This document shows positions 27,586 through 37,333 of a stretch of DNA of 64,000 nt, in pieces; positions within the stretch are counted from its first letter, which is position 1; each line of letters begins with the position of its first letter. The stretch is taken from the NCBI GenBank assembly GCA_947085185.1, contig CAMTVK010000021.1, positions 28,698-92,697 of the forward strand. Reading direction: 5' to 3'. The DNA is from Candidatus Fraserbacteria bacterium. Lineage in GTDB: Bacteria; Bipolaricaulota; Bipolaricaulia; RBG-16-55-9; DRXL01. Both the position numbers and the translations under genes were made by a program. Under the pieces are notes generated by a model. The model ran no database searches and had not been told where the DNA came from. It saw only the letters and a list, made by a program, of their open reading frames with translations.

Positions 27586-29189
27586 TCCCGGGGGATCGTG
27601 CTGTAATCTTCATCGAGCCGGATCTCTTTCACTTCGTCGGGGCTGAGCGCGAGTTCTCGCAAGCTCTCCCCGTCGTAGCGCAACAGCACCCCTTGCTCTT
27701 CGGTGACCGCCGTCAGGGGGCGTTCGGGATGGATGCGGTTGCGCGTGGGGTCGGGATCTTTCACTTTTCTCTTGATGATCGTCTTGAGGTTGACTGGGCG
27801 ACCCCACATCGAGTAAATATTCTTGAGCACTTCTTTGGCCTCTTCAAGATGCAATCCTACGCCGTTATAGAAGTGCAAGAGCAACAGCTCCCCCTTGTTG
27901 CCGTAGTTGCCTGTGGCTACTTTAATAATAGGTCGTCCAAGATTTGTATGTTGGAAGAGCAGCTTCTTCTTGACGTCGGTAAAGTCACGCGACGTGATGT
28001 GATACGCTCCGGTTTCGGGGATATACTCATACGCGAAGAGCTTGAGCTTCTCGAAGAGCTCTTCTGTGAAAAATTCCGAGAGGAACATCACGTCATTATA
28101 GGTGCGTCGGACTTCGAAGATCTTCTCTGTGCCGAGATTGGCTTTGGTGTCCCACTTTTTTTTCTTCTGTGGGTCTGTGCACAATTCCCAGTCGCGTCCA
28201 AAGCGCCCTTTGTCCCAGCGCTCTTTGATGTCCTCCCAGATCAGCTTCCCCAGGGCATAGGGGTTGAGAGCGCCACCGGCTAAGACTTTGCTGACCATAT
28301 CGGCATGGTCTATGAACTCGTTGGGCTGAGCGAATTCCGACATGAGCTTGGCTTGCCACAGCATCGCCCAGCCTTCATTCATGATCTTCGTCTGAATCTG
28401 TGGGACGAAATAGTACGACTCCTCGCGGATCATCGCTAAGATATCTTTTTGCCAGTTCTCCAAGCGCCCGTACTTCATAAGAAACCCAAGGAGGTCTTTC
28501 TGGGGTTTGACTAAGTCGGTCTCGTCGCGGGGCTGGCGGGCGCGGGCTTGCTGGAGGCGCGCACGCCGCTCTTGTAGCCATTGGGGGGGATTGACGAAGC
28601 GATCCATGTAGTCCCGCTTGACCGGGATGCGCACAGGTTCTTTCTCGCGCCCGTCTTCCTCGACGCGATGCCATGAGCGCTTGATGAACGGCGCATATTG
28701 ATCAATTTCGTACTCCAGAGAGAGCGCCTTGTCAATGAAAGATTCCACTTCGGTGATGCCGTATTTGCCCATGTACTCTTCGATGCGCTCGGCATGGGTG
28801 TGCATCACTTTGATCATATCTTTGGGGGTTTTGGAGAACCAGCGATTGTTCTTGAAAAAGTCCACGTGCGCGTAGACGTGGAGCATGACCCCTTTGTTTT
28901 CCACGGGGGTGTTGCTCTCGCGCAGATACGCGATAGCCGGGTTGGTGTTCAAGACCAACTCGTAGGTCCACCAGCCCGAATATGCGGAGCGCTTGCGAAA
29001 GTAGTCATAACTCATGCCGAACGACCAGTGGGGAAATCGTTCGGGGAAGCCGTCATAGGCAGAATACTCATTGAGTTGGTCGTGGTCAACGACGCCGAAG
29101 ATGACCGGCCAGGGGTCAAGCCCTGCGGATTCCGCGAGCGCTCGCGCCTCGGCGCGGAGCCTCTCCAGCTCACGAATCTTTTTTGACAT
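27573..29189 (-). CDS. SpoVR/YcgB family protein
   Basis: FPHWSFG, YELVLN, HVYAHVDFFKNN, QTKIMNEGWA. Confidence 0.94.
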   Translation of the reverse strand: MSKKIRELERLRAEARALAESAGLDPWPVIFGVVDHDQLNEYSAYDGFPERFPHWSFGMSYDYFRKRSAYSGWWTYELVLNTNPAIAYLRESNTPVENKGVMLHVYAHVDFFKNNRWFSKTPKDMIKVMHTHAERIEEYMGKYGITEVESFIDKALSLEYEIDQYAPFIKRSWHRVEEDGREKEPVRIPVKRDYMDRFVNPPQWLQERRARLQQARARQPRDETDLVKPQKDLLGFLMKYGRLENWQKDILAMIREESYYFVPQIQTKIMNEGWAMLWQAKLMSEFAQPNEFIDHADMVSKVLAGGALNPYALGKLIWEDIKERWDKGRFGRDWELCTDPQKKKKWDTKANLGTEKIFEVRRTYNDVMFLSEFFTEELFEKLKLFAYEYIPETGAYHITSRDFTDVKKKLLFQHTNLGRPIIKVATGNYGNKGELLLLHFYNGVGLHLEEAKEVLKNIYSMWGRPVNLKTIIKRKVKDPDPTRNRIHPERPLTAVTEEQGVLLRYDGESLRELALSPDEVKEIRLDEDYSTIPREWIG

Positions 29190-29191
29190 AG

Positions 29192-30313
29192 CTACTTTCC
29201 CTTCCCCAAGAACTCTTTAATAGACTGCAAGATATCTTGGCGATCCGAGATGATGGACGTGACCAGACGGTCGTGCTCTGCCAGACGCTCTTTGAGTTTC
29301 ATCAGATGGAGTCCAGGCGAGCGCCGCCCCGGGGTCACCTGCCCGTAGCAGAAGAGATTGACTTTAGGGAGCAACTGATCATGCAAGAGCGGCACACAGG
29401 CATCTTCGGTGTCGCCGATCCAGTTCTCCCCATCGCTGAAGTGGAACACGTAGATATTCCAAGAGTGGGGGGGATAGCGCCGATCAATGATGCGGTTGCA
29501 CAGCTCGTATGCGGAGCTGATGCGCGTGCCCCCGCCCGTGCTCAAACTATAGAAGTCATCTTCGTTGACTTCTTGCGCTTCGTAGTCATGGAGGATATAG
29601 ACTCGGTCTACGTTCTTGTAGTTGGTGCGGAGCCAGAGATCAATCCACCAGTTCTCTTGGCGGATGATCTCGGTCTTCTCGCCGGACATCGAGCCGGAGG
29701 CATCTCGGATGAAGAGGATGACGCAGTTGGCTTCTGGGGACTCGCTGGGGGTGCCGTGGAGATAGCGCATGTCTTCTTTGATCGGGGTCACGATGATCGT
29801 ATCGGAGGGGCCAGAAGATGGGGTCAAGAGCATATGGCGCAGGAGTCCTCTCCGAAAGGCGCGGCGCTTCATGAGCAAGGCCTCCGGCCCCACGGTGGCG
29901 ACGTCCTCGTACTCCTCGCTCCCGCTGAGGACGTGCTTATGGCCCTTGGGTTGGATTTTAGGCAGCTCCAGCTCTTCTCCCAAGATCTCCGCGAGCTCCC
30001 TGATCTCGATCTCGACCTCGCGGAAGTGCGGGCCGGGCCCGTAGCCGGCGTGGCCGTTCCCGTTCCCATCTTGTGTGGGAGCGAGCTGGATCGGCTCACC
30101 GATCTCGCCCTCGCCTGCCCCGATGCCTCCTTGCTCGCGAGGGTCGTAGCGAAATTGCGGGATGCGAATAGATTTTATGGGGACTCGCACGATTCGTGAG
30201 CCCTTCTGGCCCACGATCGAGCCATTCTCGATCAGCTCTTTCAGATTCTTGCGGATCTCCCCGCGCACGATCTTCTTAAAGCGTTCTAAGTCTTTGAGAA
30301 TGCGCTTGGGCAT
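29192..30313 (-). CDS. YeaH/YhbH (DUF444) VWA protein
   Basis: DASGSM, GGTRISSAY, WNIYVFHFSDGEN; start at MPKRIL. Confidence 0.93.
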   Translation of the reverse strand: MPKRILKDLERFKKIVRGEIRKNLKELIENGSIVGQKGSRIVRVPIKSIRIPQFRYDPREQGGIGAGEGEIGEPIQLAPTQDGNGNGHAGYGPGPHFREVEIEIRELAEILGEELELPKIQPKGHKHVLSGSEEYEDVATVGPEALLMKRRAFRRGLLRHMLLTPSSGPSDTIIVTPIKEDMRYLHGTPSESPEANCVILFIRDASGSMSGEKTEIIRQENWWIDLWLRTNYKNVDRVYILHDYEAQEVNEDDFYSLSTGGGTRISSAYELCNRIIDRRYPPHSWNIYVFHFSDGENWIGDTEDACVPLLHDQLLPKVNLFCYGQVTPGRRSPGLHLMKLKERLAEHDRLVTSIISDRQDILQSIKEFLGKGK

Positions 30314-30318
30314 AGGCT

Positions 30319-32385
30319 TCACACTCTGCGGCTCTCGCGTTCCTCCAGCTCTTCGCGGGCGACCTCCGCGCCGGCATAGTCGATGACGTTCTCGGCGCAG
30401 ACGTCGCAGTAGCCGTATTCGCTCTTGAGACGCTCGATCCATTCGGCTTTGCGGCGCTTGTGTTCAGGATCGGTCGTCTTGTCGCTGACCATCGCCGTGA
30501 AGTTAATATTGTGCTTCTTATCTTCCCAGAGTTTCTTCTCGAGAGCTCTTCTTAAGCGATCGTTCTGTTCGGGGTTGAACGGCTCGCCCTTGCGGGCGCG
30601 CTCGCTGATCCAGTTGGAGATCTCTTGTCTGAAGTCGTCCTTCTGCGCTTCGGTGATCCCGATCTGCTTCTCGATAGAACGCATGAACTCTTCGTCCGGC
30701 TCCATCTCTTCTCCCGTATAGCGATCTTCGACTTTCTCGTCGTTGAGATAGGCCATGACGTGATCTAAATATTTCTGTCCGACTTGGCGCAGTTCGTCGG
30801 GGTCGTGGCTGATGACGCGACGGACTTCTTCTTGACAGATGGCCGACAGCTCTTCTTTGACTTGCTCGATATATTCTTTGTACTCTTCAATGCGGTTCTC
30901 GTCCACCCCAGGGTGATGAGCTAAGTTGTCTTCGAGCATGGCCAGGACGCGATAGGGGTTGATGCAGCCCTCCACGTCGTTGACGAGCGCCTTGCTGATC
31001 ATGTCAATGACGTAGCGGGGGCTGATGCCGAAGAAGCCCTCTTCGCCTTTGGCCTCTTCCATAATCTTCTTGACGTCCACGGTGCGATTGGGGATAGATT
31101 CCCCATCGTAGATTTTGGCCTTCTGCAAGATCGAGATATCTGCACCTGGCTCCTCAAGGCGCGTCAAGACCGCCCAGAGCGCGGCCATCTCCAGCGTATG
31201 CGGCGCGATATGCTTGCCCCACACACGATTCTTGCCGAAGAATTTTCTGTAGATGCGCTCTTCGTCGGACTTGCGCAAGACGTATGGGATATCGATCTTG
31301 CGGGTGCGGTCGTTGAACGCTTCCATCTTTTCGTTGCTTTTGACGCGCTTGTATTCGGGGCTGTTGGTGCGCCCCAAAATGACCGTGTCGATATCGATGC
31401 GTGGGTTTTTCTTGGGCTTGATCACGTGCTCTTGGGTGGCGTGCAAAAAGTCATAGAGAAATTCTTCTTGGAGCTTGAGCAGCTCTTCGCCGTCGAAGAT
31501 GCCCCGGTTGGCGACACAGAGTTCTCCATCGTAGTTAAACGCTCGTGGGTCGGAGTCGCTGCCGTAGACCTGCACCAATCTCCAATTGAGCCCGCCGGTC
31601 AGTTCCTCTTCGTCTTGGTTCTTTTTATCTTTGGGCTCGAAGGTCGCGATGCCCCGACGATCCTTTTCGCTCAAGATAAGCCGTCGCACCGTCACGTGCT
31701 TGAGGACTTTCTCTAAGTCATCTTCATACAGTCTCATAAAGCGATTGAAGTAGAACCGGCACTTGGGGCACAGATCTCCCTCGACGCGCAGCTCGTATTC
31801 GCCGTGATATTTCTCTTTGAAGATGCGGTTGAGATCGGTTAGGATCTTTTGGCGCATCTCCATGGGGATGAGCCGCAGGGGCTCTTCGAAGATCGGGCAG
31901 GGGACGACATCGGTGGGTTCGTCGTCGAAGTCTGAGACGTCCCATTCGAAGGTGTAGAGCCGGCCCTCATCGGTCTTGGAATACTCTTCGAGGCCACGGC
32001 GGAAGAGCCGCCCGATGGTGGACTTGCTGGTCGCAACAGGCCCATGCAGCAAGATAACCCGACGATCCGGCCCTAATCCCTTCGCGGCGGCGTTGAGCGT
32101 GTCCACGAGATTTTTCAGAGATTCGTCGATCCCATAGATGGCGTCCTCGCCCTTGCCGAAGGGATCATCGAAGAGGTTATAGCGAATCACTTCCTTGTCG
32201 TGGACTTTGGCGATATGAGTGCCGTGGCTGAGGATCATGTCATAGAGCCGTTGGTACGCATTGCGCACCAACCGTGGATCCTCAAAGACCATCTGCAGAT
32301 ACTCTTCAAACGAAATCGGACGATACTTATCGCGGACTTGGGTCTCTTTGAGCTCCCGCGTGATCTCGCGCACGATGCTCTCCAT
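30319..32385 (-). CDS. prkA: PrkA/YeaG family AAA serine protein kinase
   Basis: LLHGPVATSKST, DPRAFNYDGEL..ANRG, MEAFNDR, GISPRY. Confidence 0.94.
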   Translation of the reverse strand: MESIVREITRELKETQVRDKYRPISFEEYLQMVFEDPRLVRNAYQRLYDMILSHGTHIAKVHDKEVIRYNLFDDPFGKGEDAIYGIDESLKNLVDTLNAAAKGLGPDRRVILLHGPVATSKSTIGRLFRRGLEEYSKTDEGRLYTFEWDVSDFDDEPTDVVPCPIFEEPLRLIPMEMRQKILTDLNRIFKEKYHGEYELRVEGDLCPKCRFYFNRFMRLYEDDLEKVLKHVTVRRLILSEKDRRGIATFEPKDKKNQDEEELTGGLNWRLVQVYGSDSDPRAFNYDGELCVANRGIFDGEELLKLQEEFLYDFLHATQEHVIKPKKNPRIDIDTVILGRTNSPEYKRVKSNEKMEAFNDRTRKIDIPYVLRKSDEERIYRKFFGKNRVWGKHIAPHTLEMAALWAVLTRLEEPGADISILQKAKIYDGESIPNRTVDVKKIMEEAKGEEGFFGISPRYVIDMISKALVNDVEGCINPYRVLAMLEDNLAHHPGVDENRIEEYKEYIEQVKEELSAICQEEVRRVISHDPDELRQVGQKYLDHVMAYLNDEKVEDRYTGEEMEPDEEFMRSIEKQIGITEAQKDDFRQEISNWISERARKGEPFNPEQNDRLRRALEKKLWEDKKHNINFTAMVSDKTTDPEHKRRKAEWIERLKSEYGYCDVCAENVIDYAGAEVAREELEERESRRV

Positions 32386-32581
32386 GCCTGTCACCTCCTG
32401 TGCTCTATTATAGCAGAACTCGGGAGTCCTGGGACGCTGAGCCTGCTTGCTCGCCGGCCTATCATAGCTATTATATATCGCTTATGCAGGACGAAGTTCC
32501 CTCCTCTGCCGAGACAAATTTCTGAGGGAGGGGGTTGACTTTCTCTGTGACTTGCGCTACTCTTACACCGATGAGGTGGAT

Positions 32582-33796
32582 GTGATTCAGAGCCGGAGAA
32601 GACGAGCCGAACAACGACATCGCGTGCTCAGTCTTGTGCTCCTTCTTGTTGGTTCTCTTGCCGTGAGTGCGGCCGGCTACTGGTGGTACACGAGCCGGAT
32701 CGCTTCTGCTCCGCTGCCGGAGCGTGTCCACGTCTTAGTGTTAGGCCTGGACTATGTGCCGGGAGCCGCGGCGCGCCGCAGCGATACGATCTTCGTGGCC
32801 AGCCTCCGCCAAGGCGATGTGCGCCTGTTGGCCATCCCTCGAGATACCCACATGAAATTCCCCGATGGGCGCGTGGAGAAAGTCAACGCGGCGTATGCGC
32901 TGGGGGGAGCAGAGCTGGCGCGCCGGGTCATCTCCAATTTTTTGGGGATCGAGATCAAATATTATATCGTCATTGATTACGAGGGCTTTGAGAAGCTGGT
33001 GGACTTAGTCGGCGGGGTGACGATCTCTGTCGAAAAGCCCTTAAAAGACGACAAGACCAAGCCCCCTATTGACATTGCGGCGGGGACGCAGAAGCTCGAT
33101 GGGAAGAGGGCGCTCGCCTATGTTCGGTATAGGGATACCCTCACGGGCGATCTGGGGCGGCTGCAGCGCCAGCGCCAGCTCTTAGAAGCCCTCCTGAAAG
33201 AACGCGATAGGTCCCTCAGCAACCTCCAGCAGCTCGTCACGACCGCGCAGAAGTTCATCGAGACCAACCTTGCGCCGGTCTTGTTGTATCGCTTGGTGCA
33301 GCGCTTGCAAGACCTCCGTCCTGAGCAAGTACAGATCAAGCAGATTCCTGGGGAGGCCATCTGTAAATCAGCTCAAGAAGGGGGCTGCTATGTTGAGCCG
33401 GATCCGGTGCGCACGGCGCAGCTGGTCAATAAGATGCTGCGCGGGCTGGATGTGGTCACGGCTGATGAGGTTCGCATTAAAGTCTTAAACGGCTCCGGGG
33501 TGACAGGGATAGCACGGCGCGTCAGCGAGCTGTTGCGCAACGAAGGGTTCTCTGTAGTATATACGGGCAACGCGGACCGATTCGATTACACGCAAAGTTA
33601 TATGATAGACATCACGGGTGATGCGAGGAAGATCGAGCTGGTGCGGGAGCGCAGCCTGCGGAGTCTGTGGAAGGTGGTCAAGCCAGACGAGCTGGCCGCA
33701 ACGATGAAGGGGTTGGCGGCCAAGGGCGTCACCGGTGCTGGCGCCGATCTTTTGCTCATCATCGGGCAAGATTTTCAGCTCCCTGAGAAAAAATAA
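32582..33796 (+). CDS. LCP (LytR-CpsA-Psr) family protein with LytR_C domain
   Basis: TM helix, RSDT, IPRD, KVNAAY, YVRYR, DLGR.QRQ, VLNGSG. Confidence 0.9.
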   Translation: MIQSRRRRAEQRHRVLSLVLLLVGSLAVSAAGYWWYTSRIASAPLPERVHVLVLGLDYVPGAAARRSDTIFVASLRQGDVRLLAIPRDTHMKFPDGRVEKVNAAYALGGAELARRVISNFLGIEIKYYIVIDYEGFEKLVDLVGGVTISVEKPLKDDKTKPPIDIAAGTQKLDGKRALAYVRYRDTLTGDLGRLQRQRQLLEALLKERDRSLSNLQQLVTTAQKFIETNLAPVLLYRLVQRLQDLRPEQVQIKQIPGEAICKSAQEGGCYVEPDPVRTAQLVNKMLRGLDVVTADEVRIKVLNGSGVTGIARRVSELLRNEGFSVVYTGNADRFDYTQSYMIDITGDARKIELVRERSLRSLWKVVKPDELAATMKGLAAKGVTGAGADLLLIIGQDFQLPEKK

Positions 33797-34176
33797 TGAA
33801 ATCTCCAGCCCTCGAACTGGATACGGAGAGAACCTTGCGAGAGCTCGTGGCGCTCATCGCCGAGAAGAAGGGCGAGCAGACGGTCATCTTAGACATGCGG
33901 GGGTTTTCGATCCCTACGGATTTCTTCATCATCACGCATGGGGAAAACCCCAAGCACGTGAAAGCCATTGCGGAGAACATCGTGGAGAAATTCCCCAAGG
34001 AGATCGTGCGTTCGGAGGGGTGGGAGTCCAAGAATTGGATCGTCTTAGACTACGGGGACATGATTATCCATATCTTTCAGAAGGAGCTACGACGCTTCTA
34101 TGACTTAGAGGGGCTATGGGGGGATGTTCCTGTGCACCTTGGCTTAGAGAGTGATTCCCCCAAGCTCGTCGCATAA
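33796..34176 (+). CDS. rsfS: ribosome silencing factor
   Basis: KKG...LD, DFFII, WIVLDYGD.IIHIF...RRFYDLE.LW. Confidence 0.93.
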   Translation: MKSPALELDTERTLRELVALIAEKKGEQTVILDMRGFSIPTDFFIITHGENPKHVKAIAENIVEKFPKEIVRSEGWESKNWIVLDYGDMIIHIFQKELRRFYDLEGLWGDVPVHLGLESDSPKLVA

Positions 34177-34190
34177 AAAAGTAGCGGGCC

Positions 34191-34219
34191 TTGACAAGCT
34201 CCTCCCCCCATGGTATAAT
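34191..34219 (+). promoter_or_regulatory. rRNA promoter
   Basis: TTGACA-17-TATAAT with extended -10; boxA-like GTTCTTT at ~34248. Confidence 0.85.
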
Positions 34220-34902
34220 ACCAGCACCCCACGCTCGGGATATGGGCGTTCTTTCGATCCTTGAAAAGTGAATAGAGTGCATCACATCGCGCAAACTCAG
34301 TACGGGCGGATGGTGGATGCCTTGGCAGCTGGAGGCGATGAAGGGCGTGGCAGACTGCGATAAGCCACGGGGAGCCGTCGAGCAGGCGTTGATCCGTGGA
34401 TGCCCGAATGGGGGAAACCCACCGCACGGAAGGTGCGGTATCTCTCCCCCAATTCATAAGGGAGAGAGGCGAACCGGGGGAAGTGAAGCATCTCAGTACC
34501 CCGAGGAAAAGAAATCAATAGACACAAAGCTCTCTTCTCTGCGCTCGACCTCGAGCACAGGAAAGATGGCTTTGGAGATTCCGTCAGTAGCGGCGAGCGA
34601 ACGCGGAACAGCCTAAACCCTCGTAGCGGAATAGACTGCCTTCGTTGTTACGAGGGGGTTGCAGGCCGGCCTTCCCACGGGAGGCAGACCGTGGCAGAGG
34701 TTACAAAGATTGGCTCTAGCCGAACAGCTAGTAAAGCCACTGGAAAGAGCGACCAGAGAGGGTGACAGTCCCGTAGGCGAAAGGGTCAGTCCCTCTGGGG
34801 CCGTGCCTAAGTAGCGTCGTACCCGTGTTACGGCGTGAAGCTGGGAGGACCACCTTCCAAGGCTCAATACTACCAGCTGACCGATAGTGGACCAGTACCG
34901 CA

Positions 34903-34939
<37 letters not shown>

Positions 34940-36394
34940 CAGAACCTGAAACCATCCGCTCACAGACAGTCGGAGGGTCCCGCCGACCCTTTGCCTTGGG
35001 CATCGCAAGATGCCCTATGGCAGAGCCGGCGGCCTGACGGCATGCCTTTTGCAGTATGATCCTGCGAGCTACCGTGCGTGGCCAGGCTAAGTCTCGTTGG
35101 TGGGACGCAGCCGCAGCGAAAGCGAGTCCGAACAGGGCGACCAGTCACGTGCGGTAGGCACGAAGCCGAGCGATCTACCCATGGCCAGGCTGAAGCGTGG
35201 GTAACACCACGTGGAGGGCCGAACCCGTGAACGTGGAATAGTTCTGGGATGAGTTGTGGGTAGCGGTGAAAAGCCAGACGGGCCTCGGTGATAGCTTGTT
35301 CTCCTCGAAATAGTTTTGGGACTAGCCTCGGCAGTTAAGCCGTGGGGGTAGAGCACTGGATGGATGCGGGGCAACCCAATTCCAACCAAACTCCGAATAC
35401 CATGGCGCACCTGCCGGGAGTCAGACGATAGGGGATAACCTTTATCGTCGAGAGGGAAACGGCCCAGATCGTCGGCTAAGGCCCCAAAGACCGAGCTAAG
35501 TCAGGAAGGATGTGCCCCTGCTTAGACAGCTGGGAGGTTGGCTTAGAAGCAGCCATCCTTTAAAGAGTGCGTAATAGCTCACCAGTCGAGCGGGAGTGCG
35601 CCCAAGATTCAGCGGGAGTTAAGCTCGGCGCCGAAGCCACGGGAGAGTCTCCGTCTCCGACGGAGGCTACGGTAGAGGAGCATTCCGCCTTAGGCCGAAG
35701 TCGTGCCGGAAGGCACGGCGGACGAAGCGGAAGAGAGAATGCAGGAATGAGTAGCGCGAGGTGAGCGAGAAACTCACCCACCGTAAGTCTCAGGGTTCCT
35801 GGGGAAGGCTCATCCACCCAGGGTTAGGCGGCCCTAAGCTCAACCCGCAAGGGGTAGGCGATGGACAGCCGGTTAATATTCCGGCCCCTCTCTGTGGCGA
35901 TGACCAAAGGGGGGACGCATCAGGTCGCTTCAGCGGGCGGACGGATGTGCCCGTGTCAAAGACGAGGCATCCGGGCGTAGGCAAATCCGCGCCCGGGTCA
36001 AGTCGAGTCGAGACGGAGGTCCTACGGGACCGAAGGAAGAGCGATCAGGTGCCGAGAAAATCCTCTAGGGAGCCACAGAGAGCCCGTACCGCAATCCGAC
36101 ACAGGTAGACGGGCAGAGTATGCTCAGGTGGGCGAGAGAACCATGGTCAAGGAACTCGGCAAAATGCTCCCGTACGTTCGCAAGAAGGGAGGCCCCGCGT
36201 AGGGCAGCGATGTCCGAGGGGGCCGCAGAGAGCAGGCTGGGGAGACTGTTTATCAAAAACACAGCACCCTGCTAACTCGAAAGAGGACGTATAGGGTGTG
36301 AGACCTGGCCACTGCTGGAAGGTCAAGGGGAGGGGTTCACGCCCCAAACTGAAGCCCCAGCGAAGGCCGGCGGTAACTATAACTGTCCTAAGGT

Positions 36395-36665
36395 TCAAAG
36401 CGAGCCTTAGTAAAACCCGGCTATATGCTGGAAACTCCGGTGAGTATCCCACGCTACCTTCTCTACATGGCGAAGGTGACAATGCGATGGGTGCGGACAA
36501 CCAGCAGGAAAGGTTGCCGCTTGAACGGCAACTTCCTCAGAGACTGTACGCCGGGCTCCGCGAAGAGCGGATGAAGATACAGTCCGAGCTGCACGGCGAC
36601 GTGCAGAGTCTGGTTCGCGCCAGACCGCCTTGCCAAAAGCAAGGTCAACCAAAGTAACAGATCTG
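36395..36665 (+). mobile_element. group I intron at 23S position ~1931 (271 nt, no ORF)
   Basis: Splits CCTAAGGT^AGCGAAA; P1 with U.G pair (CTAAGGT/GCCTTAG); ATGCTGG/CCAGCAG P4, GACTG/CAGTC P7; terminal G. Confidence 0.93.
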
Positions 36666-36685
36666 AGCGAAATTCCTTGTCGGGT

Positions 36686-37022
36686 AAGTTCAGTTGCCCG
36701 TACCGGCTTATAACGGTGAAGCCCTCACTCGTTGCGGTCGCAAGGAGCCGTGCTCAAGAGTGGGTAACACCGTGGGAAGTCGGACTCAAGAGAGTCTTGA
36801 CCCCGTAACGACTGAGGTCGCAAGACCGAGATAGCAGCCCTGTCTCGACAGAGACAAATTTAAGCTGCTATAATACGCCGGCACTGCTTTGAGTTTGCTT
36901 GGCCAGTGAGGTGAGGTCGAGATCATCGAGCTGATCTTCACCATTAACACTGGCAAGCGGAAATATCCAAAAGAAGCAGTGAAGATATAGTCTACGCCTC
37001 TGGAGAACAGAGGGAGAACGTG
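36686..37022 (+). mobile_element. group I intron at 23S position ~1951 (337 nt, homing endonuclease remnant)
   Basis: Splits GTCGGGT^AAGTTCCGAC; P1 CGGGT/GCCCG; ACGGTG/CACCGT P4, CCCGTAACGACT and ATAGTC P7; terminal G. Confidence 0.92.
36910..36990 (+). pseudogene. C-terminal remnant of a homing endonuclease gene inside the L1951 intron
   Basis: GAGGTGAG RBS-like motif followed by VEIIELIFTINTGKRKYPKEAVKI*. Confidence 0.55.
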
Positions 37023-37333
37023 AAGTTCCGACGCGCATGAATGGTATAACTATCCCAGCGCTGTCTTGACCATGGGCTCGGTGAAATTGAAGCACCGGTG
37101 AAAACGCCGGTGACTCGCGGCAGGACGGAAAGACCCCGTGGAGCTTTACTGGAACTTGGCATTGGGTCTCGACGTTCGTTGTGTAGGATAGGTGGGAGCC
37201 GGAGAAGTCTCCGCGCTAGCGGGGATGGAGGCGTCCTTGAAATACCACCCTTCGTTCGTTGCGACTCTAACCCACGGCTGTACAGCAGTCGGGGGACCGT
37301 GCTAGGTGGACAGTTTAACTGGGGCGGTTGCCT

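Noticed and set aside
27573-29189. SpoVR as evidence of sporulation
   Set aside because: prkA-yeaH-spoVR is widespread in non-sporulating bacteria and archaea
29237-30199. 320-aa plus-strand ORF, and similar long antisense ORFs at 62377-63300 and 60883-61539
   Set aside because: Antisense shadows of well-supported genes (yeaH, metallophosphoesterase/glnS) caused by GC-rich codon bias
36686-36691. Alternative intron-2 boundaries, because the intron starts with AAGTTC like the 3' exon
   Set aside because: Only 36686-37022 gives both the P1 U.G pair and a terminal G
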